Shown here: piece after piece, positions 1 through 12,607 of the stretch
Numbering within the stretch: position 1 is the stretch's first letter
How the letters are laid out: each line of letters begins with the position of its first letter
Origin: Nemertoderma westbladi
Taxonomy: Eukaryota > Animalia > Xenacoelomorpha
Direction: 5' to 3'
Assembly: GCA_032718475.1 (NCBI GenBank)
Contig: JAUCBJ010002518.1
Coordinates: 1 to 64,000 of the forward strand
DNA length: 64,000 nt
The notes under the pieces: generated by a model
The model's database searches: none
What the model was told of the DNA's origin: nothing
Seen by the model: the letters and a program-made list of their open reading frames with translations, nothing else
Position numbers and translations under genes: made by a program

Positions 1-1695
1 CCGCCATCATACTTATCTACCTGTAACCGTGTCATACTATACTGTGCTATATCAGACTATTATACCTTTATACATATTACCGAACATCAGAACTCTTTTA
101 CCTTTCACACACGGCGGGGACGCGTGGATAGAAAACCCAACGGATAAACCGGGATCCGTAGATCCCGTCACAGTGACAGAATCAGATCCGCCCAGCTGCC
201 CTGACAGTGGTAGAATCCTAGCAGCGGCCCTAACAGTCTGACAGTGATAGAACTAGATCCAACCAACTGACAGACTGTGGCTGCCAGCCACCAAAGACGA
301 AGATGAGTCGAGAGAAAGGAACGATGGCCATGCTGGGAGAGATAGAGTAGGCGATAGGGTAGCGCGAACGACGGGATTAAACCCGGAAGTCGTGGAGTAC
401 ATACCGGTAGGTAGGCGAGAAGTAGATAGGCCTATATCGGTACAGCAGCATGACTATAATACACAGGGACATAACATATATCCAGGGGAGGGGGGAGTTA
501 TTGGAGATAGACGTATGGGCCCCAATGTATTAACATCAACCCCAGTACCAAACATACCGGCCGGGGGGGGGACAGGGTGACATTCCCCCATCACAATATC
601 GACAATATACCCCGATAGGAGCAAGAATATCGAACTCCCTGGACGAGAACAGGTCGTGCGGGCAGTCACTACCACACGCGGCTATACAGGGGACTGCTAG
701 TCCACAGTTAGCTGGTAGCAGGGCCACACCGTGGCGGGGACAGGAAGAAAATAACACCAAAAATAAACACAATCCCAATATACCCAGTAGGCCGAGTCTA
801 GACAATCGAAACATTAAATCGGTACATATAAACCTAAGCGCGATACGTGAAGGACTATACAGGAAACGCTATAATCCAGGATTCCAATGTCAATTACATC
901 GGGACGGAACCCATAAGACCAGGAGTTGCAAGTACTGGCAAGCGTTGCCCAAACGAGATCGTGTAGCCTACACAGACGCAAACGGACTATGTCATCGATG
1001 TGTGGTAAAAGGACACAGATCCGGAGAGTGTTGGGAAGGGAGAGGATGTGAAAGGACTAAACCAGGGGTAGAGAAGTCCATGAGCAAAGGAGTCGGGAAA
1101 GTAGAAGGAGGCGTGTTGCATACGCACACGGGGCTGGCACGGTGCGAGGGGGCATTACATGGACGGGCGTCGTGTATACCGAGGGACGAGCGGGGGTCGT
1201 CGAGGGCTCCAATGCCAGCGCACATACGAAGGGGGAGGCCAGCAAAGGTGGCACCGAAGAGAGTGTGGCGAAGAGTTAGAGGACGTATAGGAGGGCAGCA
1301 GGAGAGTGCCTACTGGAAGAAGGGGCACGTGAGAGTTTTTAGTCGTCCAAAGTTTTGGACTGAGGGGGGTGGGAATGAGGGCGAGACGCCCTTCCCACGC
1401 ATAAAATATAAAATAATTATTTAATTAAAATTAATGAAAATAATTAAATAATAGAGTAGGTAGAAGTTAGGTAGTAATAATTAGTTAGTTAAAGGGTGGT
1501 ACGTAGTACCGATAGTTAGTTAAAGGGTTAGAGGGTACGTAAGTACCGCTAGTTAGTTAGAGAGTTAGAGGGTACGTAGTACCGATAGTTAGTTAGAGAG
1601 TTAGAGGGTACGTAAGTACCGCTAGTTAGTTAGAGAGTTAGAGGGTACGTAAGTACCGTTAGTCAGTTAGAGAGTTAGAGGGTACGTAAGTACGA
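1..1695 (+). mobile_element. BEL/Pao LTR retrotransposon remnant (3' part of LTR 1-172, decayed gag, pol deleted, 3' tandem repeat)
   Basis: 1-172 nearly matches the LTR segment at 47208-47374 and ends GATCCCGTCACA like the LTRs at 45972/55058; knuckle CHRCVVKGHRSGEC in ORF 945-1424; 1335-1398 matches the post-pol motif at 50008-50070; 1485-1695 matches the repeat at 50110-50790. Confidence 0.8.
1485..1695 (+). repeat. ~35-bp tandem repeat GTTAGAGAGTTAGAGGGTACGT(A)AGTACCG(A/C)TAGTTA
   Basis: About six direct copies visible; same family as 50110-50790. Confidence 0.9.
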
Positions 1696-1699
1696 AGAC

Positions 1700-2460
1700 A
1701 CAGCATGTCTTACCACCTATATGCGGACAACATTCAACTGTATGAGCTTGCAAAAATTGACCAAACAGTGAAGGTCATTGAAAAATTGCATGAGAGACAT
1801 TAACAACTGCATGAGGACTTTTTTCCTAAAGCTGAATACTGACAAAATTGAGGTAATATTACTGCTATCCCGCTTTGGTACACAGATACCACGAACAACC
1901 TACCACCACAACCGATACCACCTACCTCCTCTAATGGTTAAAATAGGAACTGACATAATCTACTGTAGTCCAGGCGCACGTAATATTGGCCTTGAGCTGG
2001 ATTCCAATCCAATCTGACGCTAAGTAAACAAATCCAAATAACAGTTCGCAAAGCATTCTACCATTTAAAAAACTTATCAAGACTTAAACAGTACCTCGAT
2101 AGACACAACCTGGAGACTGTAATACACACTCTTGTTACCAGCAAATTAAATGCACACAATGCACTATATTATGGATTGCCTACAAAATCTATCTAAAACT
2201 GCAATAAGTGAAAAAAGACGGGACCATATTACTCCAATCCTAAAACAATTGCATTGGCTCACAATAAAACGTCGCATCGACTACAAGATAGCCATGTTAA
2301 CGTATAAGTGTTTGAACAGATGTGCCCCAGCCTACCTGACATAGCTGTTAACAACCTATAATCCGACTCACCAGTTACGTTCGAGTAACGCTGGCTTACT
2401 CGTGGTCCCTAGATTTAGAACTCTCCATTACGAGAAATGCGCTTTTTAAGTATCAACACC
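1700..2460 (+). pseudogene. L2/CR1-group LINE ORF2 fragment (RT C-terminal half), 5' part of a copy split by the Polinton
   Basis: YHLYADNIQLY (YADD-type motif), LKLNTDKIEVI, ARNIG, RDHITPILKQLHWL..RIDYKIAMLTYKCLN..APAYL; frameshifts and stops. Confidence 0.85.
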
Positions 2461-3614
2461 AGTAGTAGGGTCTTGGCCGGCTCTGCGACAGTTAGACCTC
2501 ACTGACACCCATTGGGTGTCATATGACACCCAATTATCACCCTATGGGTGTCATTGGGTGTCATTGGCGCCAGACTGTCTGGGTGACACCTCCCAATTAG
2601 GCTAATTAGACCCTAATTGACAGGTGTCATCAATTAATTAGTACAATTAAACCCTAACAGGTGTCATATGACTCCTAATTAGGGTTTAATTGATTATCCT
2701 AATTAATCAGACTGATTAGCGCCCTGACACACAATGGGTCATCAGTGATGTCTAACTGTCGCAGAGCCGGCTCAAGAGGGTGTCATAAGTGACACCGCAG
2801 CTCTTTTATTCATTAATACTTATTTATTTATATTTAATTTTAATTAATTATTTGTATTCTATTTTACTTTATTTATTCATTTGTACTTTATTTTATATTA
2901 ATTATTCATTTGTACTTTATGGGTATACAGCTCCCTTACTGGTAACTAATTACTCTTATCTATATCCAGACAGCTTTTTCGTTGACCTTTGACCTTTGAC
3001 CCCCAATTAGCTTTAACCAAGCAACAGCATATTAATGATAGTTGTATCCAAGCGCCCCTGCCCCCACCCCGTGACAGCTCTGATTACTAATTACTCTTAC
3101 ATATATCCAACCGCCTGCAGTTCCATAGTCTGCCGCTAGAGGGCGTATTATCTGAAAATTAACATCTTCTCTAACTTTGTTATTTTCAATTTAACTATTT
3201 ATTTATAATTAATTTTAATTAATTAATTGTACTTTATTTTACTTTATTTATTCATTTGTAGTTTATTTTAAATTAATTAATTGTATTCTATTTTACTTTA
3301 TTTATTCATTTGTACTTTATTTTAAATTAATTAATTGTATTACTTTTATTTTATATATTGATTTCTATTTTTAGATTAATTTGGTTTTATATTACCAATG
3401 ACGTAATTATGACAAAATGTCTATATTTAGCTCTATGGTTTATAGATCCCTTATCGTTAACTTTATAATCTTTCCTCTCGCGGGGCCCCTTTGTCTTCGT
3501 TATTCAATGGCGCCACTCTGCCTACCATTAAATAACATTGGGCAATCATTATCTCGCCTGATGTGACGTCATCAAAGCTGCTCTCTGATTGGTTTAATTA
3601 TATAGTCTTTTCTC
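2461..3614 (+). repeat. Left TIR of Polinton 1 (followed by a partial internal duplicate, 3615-3960)
   Basis: Reverse complement of 11110-12209 and, less exactly, of 18970-20129. Confidence 0.9.
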
Positions 3615-4759
3615 CATATGACTCCTAATTAGGGTTTAATTGATTATCCTAATTAATCAGACTGATTAGCGCCCTGACACACAATGGGTCATCAGTGTTG
3701 TCCAACTGTCGCAGAGCCGCCTCAAGAGGGTGTCATAAGTGACACCGCAGCCCTTTTATTTATTAATACCTATTTATTTATATTTAATTTTAATTAATTA
3801 TTTGTATTCTATTTTATTTTACTTTATTTATTCATTTGTACTTTATTTTAAATTAATTAATTGTATTAACTTTTACTTTATACATTGATTTCTATTTTAG
3901 ATTAATTAGTTTTTATATTACCAATGAGATCACTATGACATAATGTCTATATTTAACTTTATAATTACCTATTGCATCCCCCGTTCACCACATTCCCGGC
4001 AACTATCAACTACGTTCATCGGCGGGGCCCCCCTCCTCTGCCATCATTATTCATTAACTAGATACGACAGGCAGTGAATCTATACGTATACCCCCAAGGC
4101 AAATATAAATGAGCAGTCCCGTCTGTTAGCCTCCCCCCCGATGACTCACTAATAATCCCATCGCGGCCTTGACTACAGCAAATCCGTATGTCGCCCAAGG
4201 CTAATGCTCTAGCGGCCCTCCATTGTTCCCACTATAGCCGGCGTCGCTTTGTCCCTTTCCTATATCCAGGCAGCCGGTATCATAATGGGCTTTACCACTG
4301 TACTCGCATCTGCTCTCTCATTGGCTGCTCGATGCCTCCGATTAAGGGTCTAAGACCTTCAAGCTGATTATTTGCTTAGTTATCTAATTGGAGGGATGTG
4401 AGTTTGGACCCTAGAAGAGCATTATTCTTTTTCCTAGCTCTTGGTTAACTCTAGCATACACTCTAGCTTTGACTCTCCCGCCAGCTATAGTTATAGTATG
4501 CAACCTTGGGAGTTAATGTGAGAATATATTTCAGTGTATTTCATAGTAATAAAATCGTTTCCATGTGTCCTGCCGGTCCCTGGTTTAACTTATTTTGTGT
4601 TGGATTTATAATGGACGCGAGTAGGGATTGAACCCGTGACCATCTGTTTATCCTATTTTGTGTTTAGTTTAGTCTAGTTATTCTATGTTTACTTTTTATA
4701 ATTCCCATAAAACGGGATACGAGTAGGGATTGAGCCTGTGAGCATATGTTTTTCCTATT

Positions 4760-5062
4760 TTACCTCTTCTTCTCCATCTTTCTCACTCAAATTTTCCTCA
4801 TTTTCTAGGGGTAACTGTTTTTGTATCCCTTTCAAAATATTCACAACTTTATGAAATTTATTTTCCATTGGCTGTTTTATATTTAATATATCACGCTCAT
4901 CTCTCTTTTTCTTTTCATCTTCACTAAAAATATCTTCGGATTTTTTAAATTTTTTGGTAACGGAGCCATTAGTTTTCCTTTCTATATGTTTCCATATGAC
5001 GAGATAAATTGTCTTGTCTCATTTCTTTATTACAAACCAAACAACTTTCATGGCTATGCATT
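4760..5062 (-). pseudogene. Truncated copy of the C2H2-finger/acidic ORF
   Basis: Matches 28615-28917 and 60150-60451; truncated and frameshifted. Confidence 0.7.
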
Positions 5063-5897
5063 ATATAGCAATGTCATTTGATAATATTGAATTTTCACAT
5101 TATATTTATGTTAAATTATAAATTTATGCTACAATTATTATTTATATTAAAAAACAGAAATATTCGAGTTATATTGCATTATATATTTTACATTGAAGTG
5201 GAATACTTTAGATGTTGGGGGAATCTGGTTTGCGAGGGATATTTGAATGGTGAGTATAACTATCCTTGAGAGCTAGTGCAACGTTTTCTCACTATGGATG
5301 GGCTTTACCACTGTACTCGCATCTGCTCTCTCATTGACTGCTCGATGCCTCCGATTAAGGGTCTAAGACCTTCAAGCTGATTATTTGCTTAGTTCTCTAA
5401 TTGGAGGGATATGAGTTTGTACGCTAGAAGAGCTTTATTCTTTTTCCTAGCTCTTGGTTAACTCTAGCATACACTCTAGCTTTGACTCTCCCGGAGATAG
5501 TGATAGTATGCAACCTTGGGAGTTAATGTGAGTAAAGACCAAGAGATTAGACTTCAGGCTCCCTCTATTGGTTCATTCTTCTTAACTTTATAAAATAACT
5601 CAACCCGTATTTAAAGTTTTAAAAATTATGACTTAGTCGACTAGCTTTGACTCTCCCGGAGATAGTGATAGTATGCAACCTTGGGAGTTAATGTGAGTAA
5701 AGACCAAGAGATTAGACTTCAGGCTCCCTCTATTGGTTCATTCTTCTTAACTTTATAAAATAACTCAACCCGTATTTAAAGTTTTAAAAATTATGACTTA
5801 GTCGACTAATTTTCCAAAGTATATTATAAAAACATATAATTTCTTGAATAGATAGACCTAATAGTAATAAATAATGTGGGGGTAAATACATTTATAA

Positions 5898-6360
5898 TTA
5901 AGGTAACTGTAGCTCGAGACTGGGGCAATCAAGTGTTCTAACTAAGGTTCTATAGCAACTCCGATAGGCAATGATCGATAATGGTGGGGTCCCTGAGAGT
6001 AGATAGAGTGTATTATTCTCCAAATAGTTCCCAGGAAGTAAGAGGCCACGTTGCACCTTGCGGTGGTAGGCGTCGAGTTTGTCGATATCCTTTCGGCGTA
6101 GGGATCCAATAGTCAGAGTTAATCTGTAGATTATGACAGGGACGGCGAGTGTGTTCCACATCTTAAAGATGGTCTCTAGGTTGAGCCACCTTGCTGTCCA
6201 TCCTTTGGTATGGAAAACTTGCGACATCATGGCTATTGTCTGGATAACATTGTGGAGGTTGCTAGCGGGGTTAGAATTTCCCAGTTTGTGTCCGAGGAAT
6301 TTCAGATGGTTCGACATAGGCAAATACTGTAAGGAGTAACTGTAAGGGACAACTGCGCTC
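5898..6360 (-). pseudogene. Decayed RTE-like LINE ORF2 C-terminal fragment inside Polinton 1
   Basis: LKFLG..TIFKMWNTLAVPVIIY..LDAYHRKVQR..NNTLY resembles the post-RT region of RTE-type LINEs; absent from the paralogous region near 15358. Confidence 0.55.
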
Positions 6361-6590
6361 CCAATCTCGCTCGCCGGCTGGTCCTCACGCAAATTTAGCC
6401 TATGAGAAAATAAATAATTTATTTTATAATTAAATAATAATTTATTATTTAAGTAATTGCTTTATAGCCATCTTGGTAATTCTTATAACGTTAAAATTAT
6501 TGTAATTACTCAAATTAATTTCTATTCAAACTGCATATTGCTTTAACCTATTTTATTATATCATATTAAATAAAGGAATGTTAGTATTAA

Positions 6591-7016
6591 TTAAAACTTA
6601 CACCATGGTTCCTCCCTAAAATCCTCTGTTTCCTCCCAGTTTTCCTGGGGAAAAGGGTGAAGGAAACGCTGTTCCTCAGCCGCTGCTATCTCTTTCAGAA
6701 CATATTCCTGGTACAAATACTGGTCGTACCAGTTGGAGGAGGTCCAAAGCCCTTCCACACGCGCTTCCTCCAATGCTCGAATCTCGAGCTCTCGATTAAC
6801 CAAATCCTCCTCCCACGCCATCTCCTCTTCCTGATCCCTCAATTAACGGCCATAGGGAGTGGCCGCTTCCGACCTGCTCTCCATGGTCTGTGTACCGACG
6901 CTTCTGGTCATGGTTGTGTTGATAGCGTTGGAAGCAGTGGTGATGGATGTAGCTGTGGTGGTGATGGAGACCGATGCCACGGGGGCAGCTAGCTGGGTGT
7001 TGGAGGTGGAATCCAT
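6591..7016 (-). pseudogene. Small ORF (Thr-rich N-terminus with RSVGTQT, acidic/Trp-rich C-terminus) with one in-frame stop
   Basis: ORFs 6843-7043 and 6591-6842 are contiguous in frame; ATG at 7016; upstream TATATAAA and TCAGT on the minus strand (7105-7150). Confidence 0.5.
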
Positions 7017-9234
7017 GGTATTGATTAATTGGTAAATTAACAAGTTTAAAATTGTAAACGCAAAAGTTTAAAATGTAGAATAAATCACATAAAATTTTTC
7101 GAGCTCAAAACTGATGACGAATGAAGGCCCCGTCTCGGTTTATATAGCATCAGCGCAGAGGGAGCAACGCAACAGTTTCAACGAGCGGCGGCTTTAATTA
7201 AAGGGCTCCCAGTGATAAGTCGTTAGGAGCCAGTAGTAATTATATATCAGTAATAACTATGGGATATAGCATATGAATGTTAGCCTTATTTGGGCCCTCA
7301 AGCTTATTAGCAATAGAGATATCTCGCTTGCCGGCCGGCCCTCATGCAGATTTAGCGGCGCCAAGGCTAACGGGGCACCTCGAAGACAGTCTGGCTATAG
7401 TAGAGTAGAATGGATATACGAGTCCATAGCTAAAATACATCTGCCATGGAGCCTTCGCGTAGCACTATGCTCACCAATTATATTTATAATTCTCTATCCG
7501 CGAAATTTTCAGGAATTTTAAATTTTGGCCGTCGCTTCGCGGAAAAAATAAAAAGTAAACACAAAATAGGATATACAGATTGTCATAGATTTGATTCCCT
7601 ATCTCGACCAGAGTCATTATGACCCTCCCCCGATATTTATACAATATTTTATAGGCCGGTAGTATTGGGGTTATTATGTGACTCATGAAAATAAATCTTA
7701 AATACAATACAAATGCTCCATCTGGGTAAAAGTGGATGCAATGTATTTACAAATCGAGTGTGGATCAGGATAGTTTTCGTTAAGGTTTCACCTTGGTGAA
7801 GTGGAAGCATTGTATTCACATTTCGAGTACCATTTTTATTGAAACTATGGGGCATTTTATATTAGCCGATTTTTCAAAATTTGTAAAGTTTTGAGGGTTT
7901 TTATGAAAAATATAGGGATTTAGGGATTATCATTCAAATTGACTACGAAGAAGGCATAGGGATCATTAATGGTGTGCTGAGACTCAGAAATTTTCAGGAA
8001 ATTTAAATTTTTGCCCTCGCTTCGCGGCATTATGACCCTCCCCCCCCCCCCCGATATTTATACAACATTTTATAGCCCGGTAGTATTATGATTAAAGCTA
8101 CTAAACTAAAACATAACAAAGTGCAATTATCCTATCTGTTCCAACTCGGTGTCACTAGTTTAGATAATATACTATAATAATAGTGATAGCAGATGCTTTT
8201 AATTTCGCGATGAAATAATGTCAGCAAACGAAATATAGTGAATACATCATAGATAGAATTTTAAATTTTGCAGTTGCATGGAGTGATAACCCTTAGGTGA
8301 AAGCTAAATTTGCTCTACTTTAATCAAATGGGGCATTAAAGCTACGAGTATATTTTCCTCTACATCCTCCCTCGATCTTACACAAATCTGGGCAAAAGGC
8401 AGTTGAAGGGCTATTATTCCCAACATATGCGGTCCTCCCTTTAATGTTTCATTGTTCTATTCATAGTCGCCTTTAAGAATTTCTCGGGAAAATAAGGATG
8501 AGGGGCTATCACTTTCAACCCCATGCGGCCCTCCCTTTCATGATTTCATTGAACTATCCATAGTACGAACAATCAAACCAAAGCCTTTGAATATCCTCGC
8601 GGCTTATCAGCGGCGCCATGGCTAACGGCTTAATATTAACAGTGAAGCATCTAAAAGACAGAGTGTCTATGATAGGACAGAACAGCGTACTTACAGCCTA
8701 GAGGTGGTCGCCCTGAAAACTTTGCTCGCCATCAATACATACAAAGCATCGCTTGATGGATAGAGTAATAGGGTGGATATTTTCATTTTGGTGAATATAA
8801 TTTATAGCATTAATCACGAAAATCGCTAAATAATATATTTTAATTAAAATCAGCTCTGATAAACAACTTGCATATCGAGTTTGTAAAGAATTCATAGGGA
8901 TTGGCTGTTTATTTAGGGGTTAACATTCAAATTGATTACGAAGAAGCAGTAGGGGTCATTAATGGTATGCTGAGACTCACTTACTTCATGGCTCGCTCTC
9001 ATAGAATAGATTAACTAGTAGAGAAAAATGAAAAATAAGTGGTTAAACATCTTATATTTTTTAAACAATATGGGGAAACAAGAATAAATAATTTACCGAC
9101 AACATCAATATTAAATAATATAACAACAACAGATAAATAATTTACCAACAACATTGAAAATAAATAATATAAGAACATCAACAATAACAAAAGATATAGT
9201 GAGAACAGTTTTTATTAAATAGAGACTGTTTATA

Positions 9235-10944
9235 TTAATAGGGTTGCTGGCCTCCGAGAATAACTGGTTTAACCCTTTTAGGGTCCGATACTATTAATGG
9301 TTGCGTTAATTTTCTCTTTGATAGTTTGTTGAGATAGCCTTTTCTTGGGGGGTGAAATAGATTAAGGTGTGTTTGCTGCGGGAGAAAGATGCCTTCTCTG
9401 AGAGAACGTTTTAGTAATTCGAAAAGGCGCGCGATGGTAAAGTCGTTGGATAGGGTGATAGTGTTGGTATTTTTCGTATTGGTGAATATAATTTCTGCTG
9501 GTTTGTTCTCGATATGAATGTAAGGACTGAGATAGTAGTGAGAGTTGGGTGGGTTGGTTATATTTATCGCGAGAAAATCGCTGCCCCTAATATTGAGACC
9601 GTTGGTGAACTGAAAATTGGTATTCTCTTCGTCTTTCATTAAAATGGGCCAGATACCGACATATTTTTCGGATTTGAACTTATAGATAAAGGCTGCGATA
9701 CTGCTATTTATGAGATAGCGTTGGTGATTGGGGATCGTAATCTGCTTTGGTTTGAAAGCAAATTGTATAGCCATAGCCTTGAATCTTATTAGAGCCTCGC
9801 GCGCTTGAATCGTGTTAGCTATAGTAAAGGATTCGTTAAATTTTCTCTCGGTTATCTGTAAATCAATTTCTGAATCACTGATACAACTTTGTATCGATAT
9901 TCGCTCGGAAATGTTGTCTTTGTATACGTTAAGTTCATCGTAGCAGACACATTCGCTATCCTCGATGGTTGAATCGAACCATTTCAATTCGCCGACCTCG
10001 GTTGGTGTAAGAAGAATCATGCCCCTAGAAGAAACAATAGCCTTTCCATCGTCAACCTCGTAGCCATTGGTGATCGCTAAATTGCGCTCGTTCCGAATAT
10101 TTGTAGCAAACCCAAAAGTGCAATAGTCAAAAGCAACCCAATTGCCCGGTTTTAGGACAAGGTGAGTAGTAGGATTAATAAAAGGGCGACAGATGTTTAC
10201 ATATTGTTGAAATAAAATGGCGCAGGCGACGGAAAAGGTGATCCATGAACTGTTTACAGTGTCTTCCAGCTTTATTAACTCGAGTGGATTCAGTGGGTTA
10301 ATACTTCCATAGGTGCCAACTCTATAATTGAATCCAAAGTAATAGGAGACTTTATAGGCGTAAAGGCATGTGAGCTCATTCAATTTCTCGCCGAAAGCGA
10401 GAACATCCTTGTCAAAAAGTTTAAAGAAACGAGTCTCCTCTTCCTCGGTCGGAGTCGACGAGTTCCAGATGAGAAGAAGAATCGAGTTTGCGATACTATG
10501 AAAATCAAATAAGCGATCATCGGAGAAGAAGGAGGTTACGAGAGTGGTTAAACCCAGTAGACGATTTGCCACATCTTGGTTGATGTTTTCTCGAATAAAA
10601 TCGACGACACTAGTTGGAATCGTAAACGTCTCGGGCGAAGTAGTTAGATTGAACGTGATTTTGTTGTCCCTTTTTAAAAGTTTGAAACCGTGGTTGGAGG
10701 AATGAAGTTTATTATCGTCGAGGGTTTGATATTGTCCATCGTGAAGTTCGTAGCAGGCGCGGAAAATAAAGTGCGCGTAGTTTGCCGGAATCGGGATGGG
10801 TTGGATTAAGGTTGTATTTATCGTTAACGGGAAGAGTTTGTTCGCCGAATCGAAATATAGACCAAACGAGTTGTCTTGTAGCATAAACTGATTTTCGTTG
10901 CAAACCAGATCGTTGCTTGAATAGCTGATTTCTGAATGTGCCAT
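9235..10944 (-). CDS. Uncharacterised 569-aa Polinton-borne protein, copy 1
   Basis: Long uninterrupted ATG ORF in AT-rich DNA, upstream CCAAT/TATA module, basic C-terminus (KRK..KRVK); no family recognised. Confidence 0.8.
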   Translation of the reverse strand: MAHSEISYSSNDLVCNENQFMLQDNSFGLYFDSANKLFPLTINTTLIQPIPIPANYAHFIFRACYELHDGQYQTLDDNKLHSSNHGFKLLKRDNKITFNLTTSPETFTIPTSVVDFIRENINQDVANRLLGLTTLVTSFFSDDRLFDFHSIANSILLLIWNSSTPTEEEETRFFKLFDKDVLAFGEKLNELTCLYAYKVSYYFGFNYRVGTYGSINPLNPLELIKLEDTVNSSWITFSVACAILFQQYVNICRPFINPTTHLVLKPGNWVAFDYCTFGFATNIRNERNLAITNGYEVDDGKAIVSSRGMILLTPTEVGELKWFDSTIEDSECVCYDELNVYKDNISERISIQSCISDSEIDLQITERKFNESFTIANTIQAREALIRFKAMAIQFAFKPKQITIPNHQRYLINSSIAAFIYKFKSEKYVGIWPILMKDEENTNFQFTNGLNIRGSDFLAINITNPPNSHYYLSPYIHIENKPAEIIFTNTKNTNTITLSNDFTIARLFELLKRSLREGIFLPQQTHLNLFHPPRKGYLNKLSKRKLTQPLIVSDPKRVKPVILGGQQPY

Positions 10945-11034
10945 CGTGATTGTGTACCGGTAACTCGTTTAGGAAATAAAAATAAATAAATACTTTTACG
11001 AAAATAATTAAAACTTTTCAGGAAAACAAAGAGA

Positions 11035-11165
11035 CAATGATTGGGAATGTGGTGAACGGGGGCTATTATAGAGGGGGCTAGAATGGGTTAGCCAATCAGG
11101 GAACAGGAGAGAGAAAAGACTGTATAATTAAACCAATCAGAGAGCAGCTTTGATGACGTCACATC
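11035..11165 (-). promoter_or_regulatory. Promoter module: TGACGTCA (CRE-like), two CCAAT boxes, TATAATA, TCATT initiator-like
   Basis: Motifs read directly; the CCAAT/TATA part recurs at 18895-19025, 29030-29160, 26455-26550 and degenerate at 60590-60680. Confidence 0.6.
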
Positions 11166-12209
11166 AGGCGAGATAATGATTGCCCAATGTTATTCAATGG
11201 TAGACAGAGTGGCGCCATTGAATAACGAAGACAAAGGGGCCGCGAGAGGAAAGATTATAAAGTTAACGATAAGGGAACTATAAACCATAGAGCTAAAAAT
11301 AGACATTATGTCATAGTGATCTCATTGGTAATATAAAAACTAATTAATCTAAAAATAGAAATCAATGTATAAAATAAAAGTAATACAATTAATTAATTTA
11401 AAATAAAGTACAAATAAATAAATAAAGTCAAATAGAATACAAATAATTAATTAAAATTAGGTACAAATAAATAGTTAAATTGAAAATAACAAAGTTAGAG
11501 AAGATGTTAATTTTCAGATAATACGCCCTCTAGCGGCAGACTATGGAACTGCAGGCGGTTGGATATAGGTAAGAGTAATTAGTAATCAGAGCTGTCACGG
11601 GGTGGGGGCAGGGGCGCTTGGATACAACTATCATTAATATGCTGTTGCTTGGTTAAAGCTAATTGGGGGGTCAAAGGTCAAAGGTCAACGATAAAGCTGT
11701 CTGGATATAGATAAGAGTAATTAGTTACCAGTAAGGGAGCTGTATACCCATAAAGTACAAATGAATAATTAATATAAAATAAAGTACAAATGAATAAATA
11801 AAGTAAAGTAGAATACAAATAATTAATTAAAATTAAATATAAATAAATAAGTATTAATGAATAAAAGGGCTGCGGTGTCACTTATGACACCCTCTTGAGC
11901 CGGCTCTGCGACAGTTAGACCTCACTGATGACCCATTGTGTGTCAGGGCGCTAATCAGTCTGATTAATTAGGATAATCAATTAAACCCTAATTAGGAGTC
12001 ATATGACACCTGTTAGGGTTTAATTGTACTAATTAATTGATGACACCTGTCAATTAGGGTCTAATTAGCCTAATTGGGAGCTGTCATCCAGACAGTCTGG
12101 CGCCAATGACACCCAATGACACCCATAGGGTGATAATTGGGTGTCATATGACACCCAATGGGTGTCAGTGAGGTCTAACTGTCGCAGAGCCGGCCAAGAC
12201 CCTACTACT
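11110..12209 (-). repeat. Internal right-hand TIR (end of inner Polinton unit)
   Basis: Reverse complement of 2461-3614, ending CCTACTACT at 12209, directly abutting the pPolB remnant. Confidence 0.9.
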
Positions 12210-12584
12210 ACAGAAGCCGAGAGCCGCGGTTTGCAGTATAAACAGTGGGTTTTCCTTAAACCAAAGGTCTATAGTTTTCAATCCTACGATGCCCCAATCA
12301 AGAAAACCGCCAAAGGTGTATCTAGATCGGTTGTCGCTAAGCAACTAACACACGAGGATTATGCAGACTGTTTTGAAAACGAGGCAATGCTCTTCCGCTA
12401 TAACTCTACCTTCACTTCTAGAAAGCATCAAATTTTTACTGGTCATGTCTATAAGAAGGCACTAACGCTCTGGGATACGAAATCATATTGGAGTAGTAAA
12501 TATAGCAGCAAACCATACAGGCACTATAGCACTAAGCTTGTTAGACCGGCAAAACAAGTAGTAATCCCTCCTACTAGGATTTAA
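12210..12584 (+). pseudogene. Protein-primed family B DNA polymerase (pPolB), C-terminal fragment
   Basis: FLKPKVYS..KKTAKGVSRSVVAKQLTHEDYADC..FTSRKHQIFT..KKALTLWDTK..PYRHY follows the Polinton pPolB C-terminal pattern (KxY, KAKG, HxDY, KKAL..DDKR, PYGHY); N-terminus cut off by the TIR. Confidence 0.8.
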
Positions 12585-12607
12585 ATTTATTTTTCTAGAA
12601 TAAGAAA

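Noticed and set aside
2789-2992. Hydrophobic 67-aa ORF and its mirror at 11678-11881
   Set aside because: AT-rich TIR sequence; the duplication is explained by the TIR.
9235-10944. Calling the 569-aa ORF a major capsid protein
   Set aside because: Size fits but no recognisable capsid motif; left unassigned.
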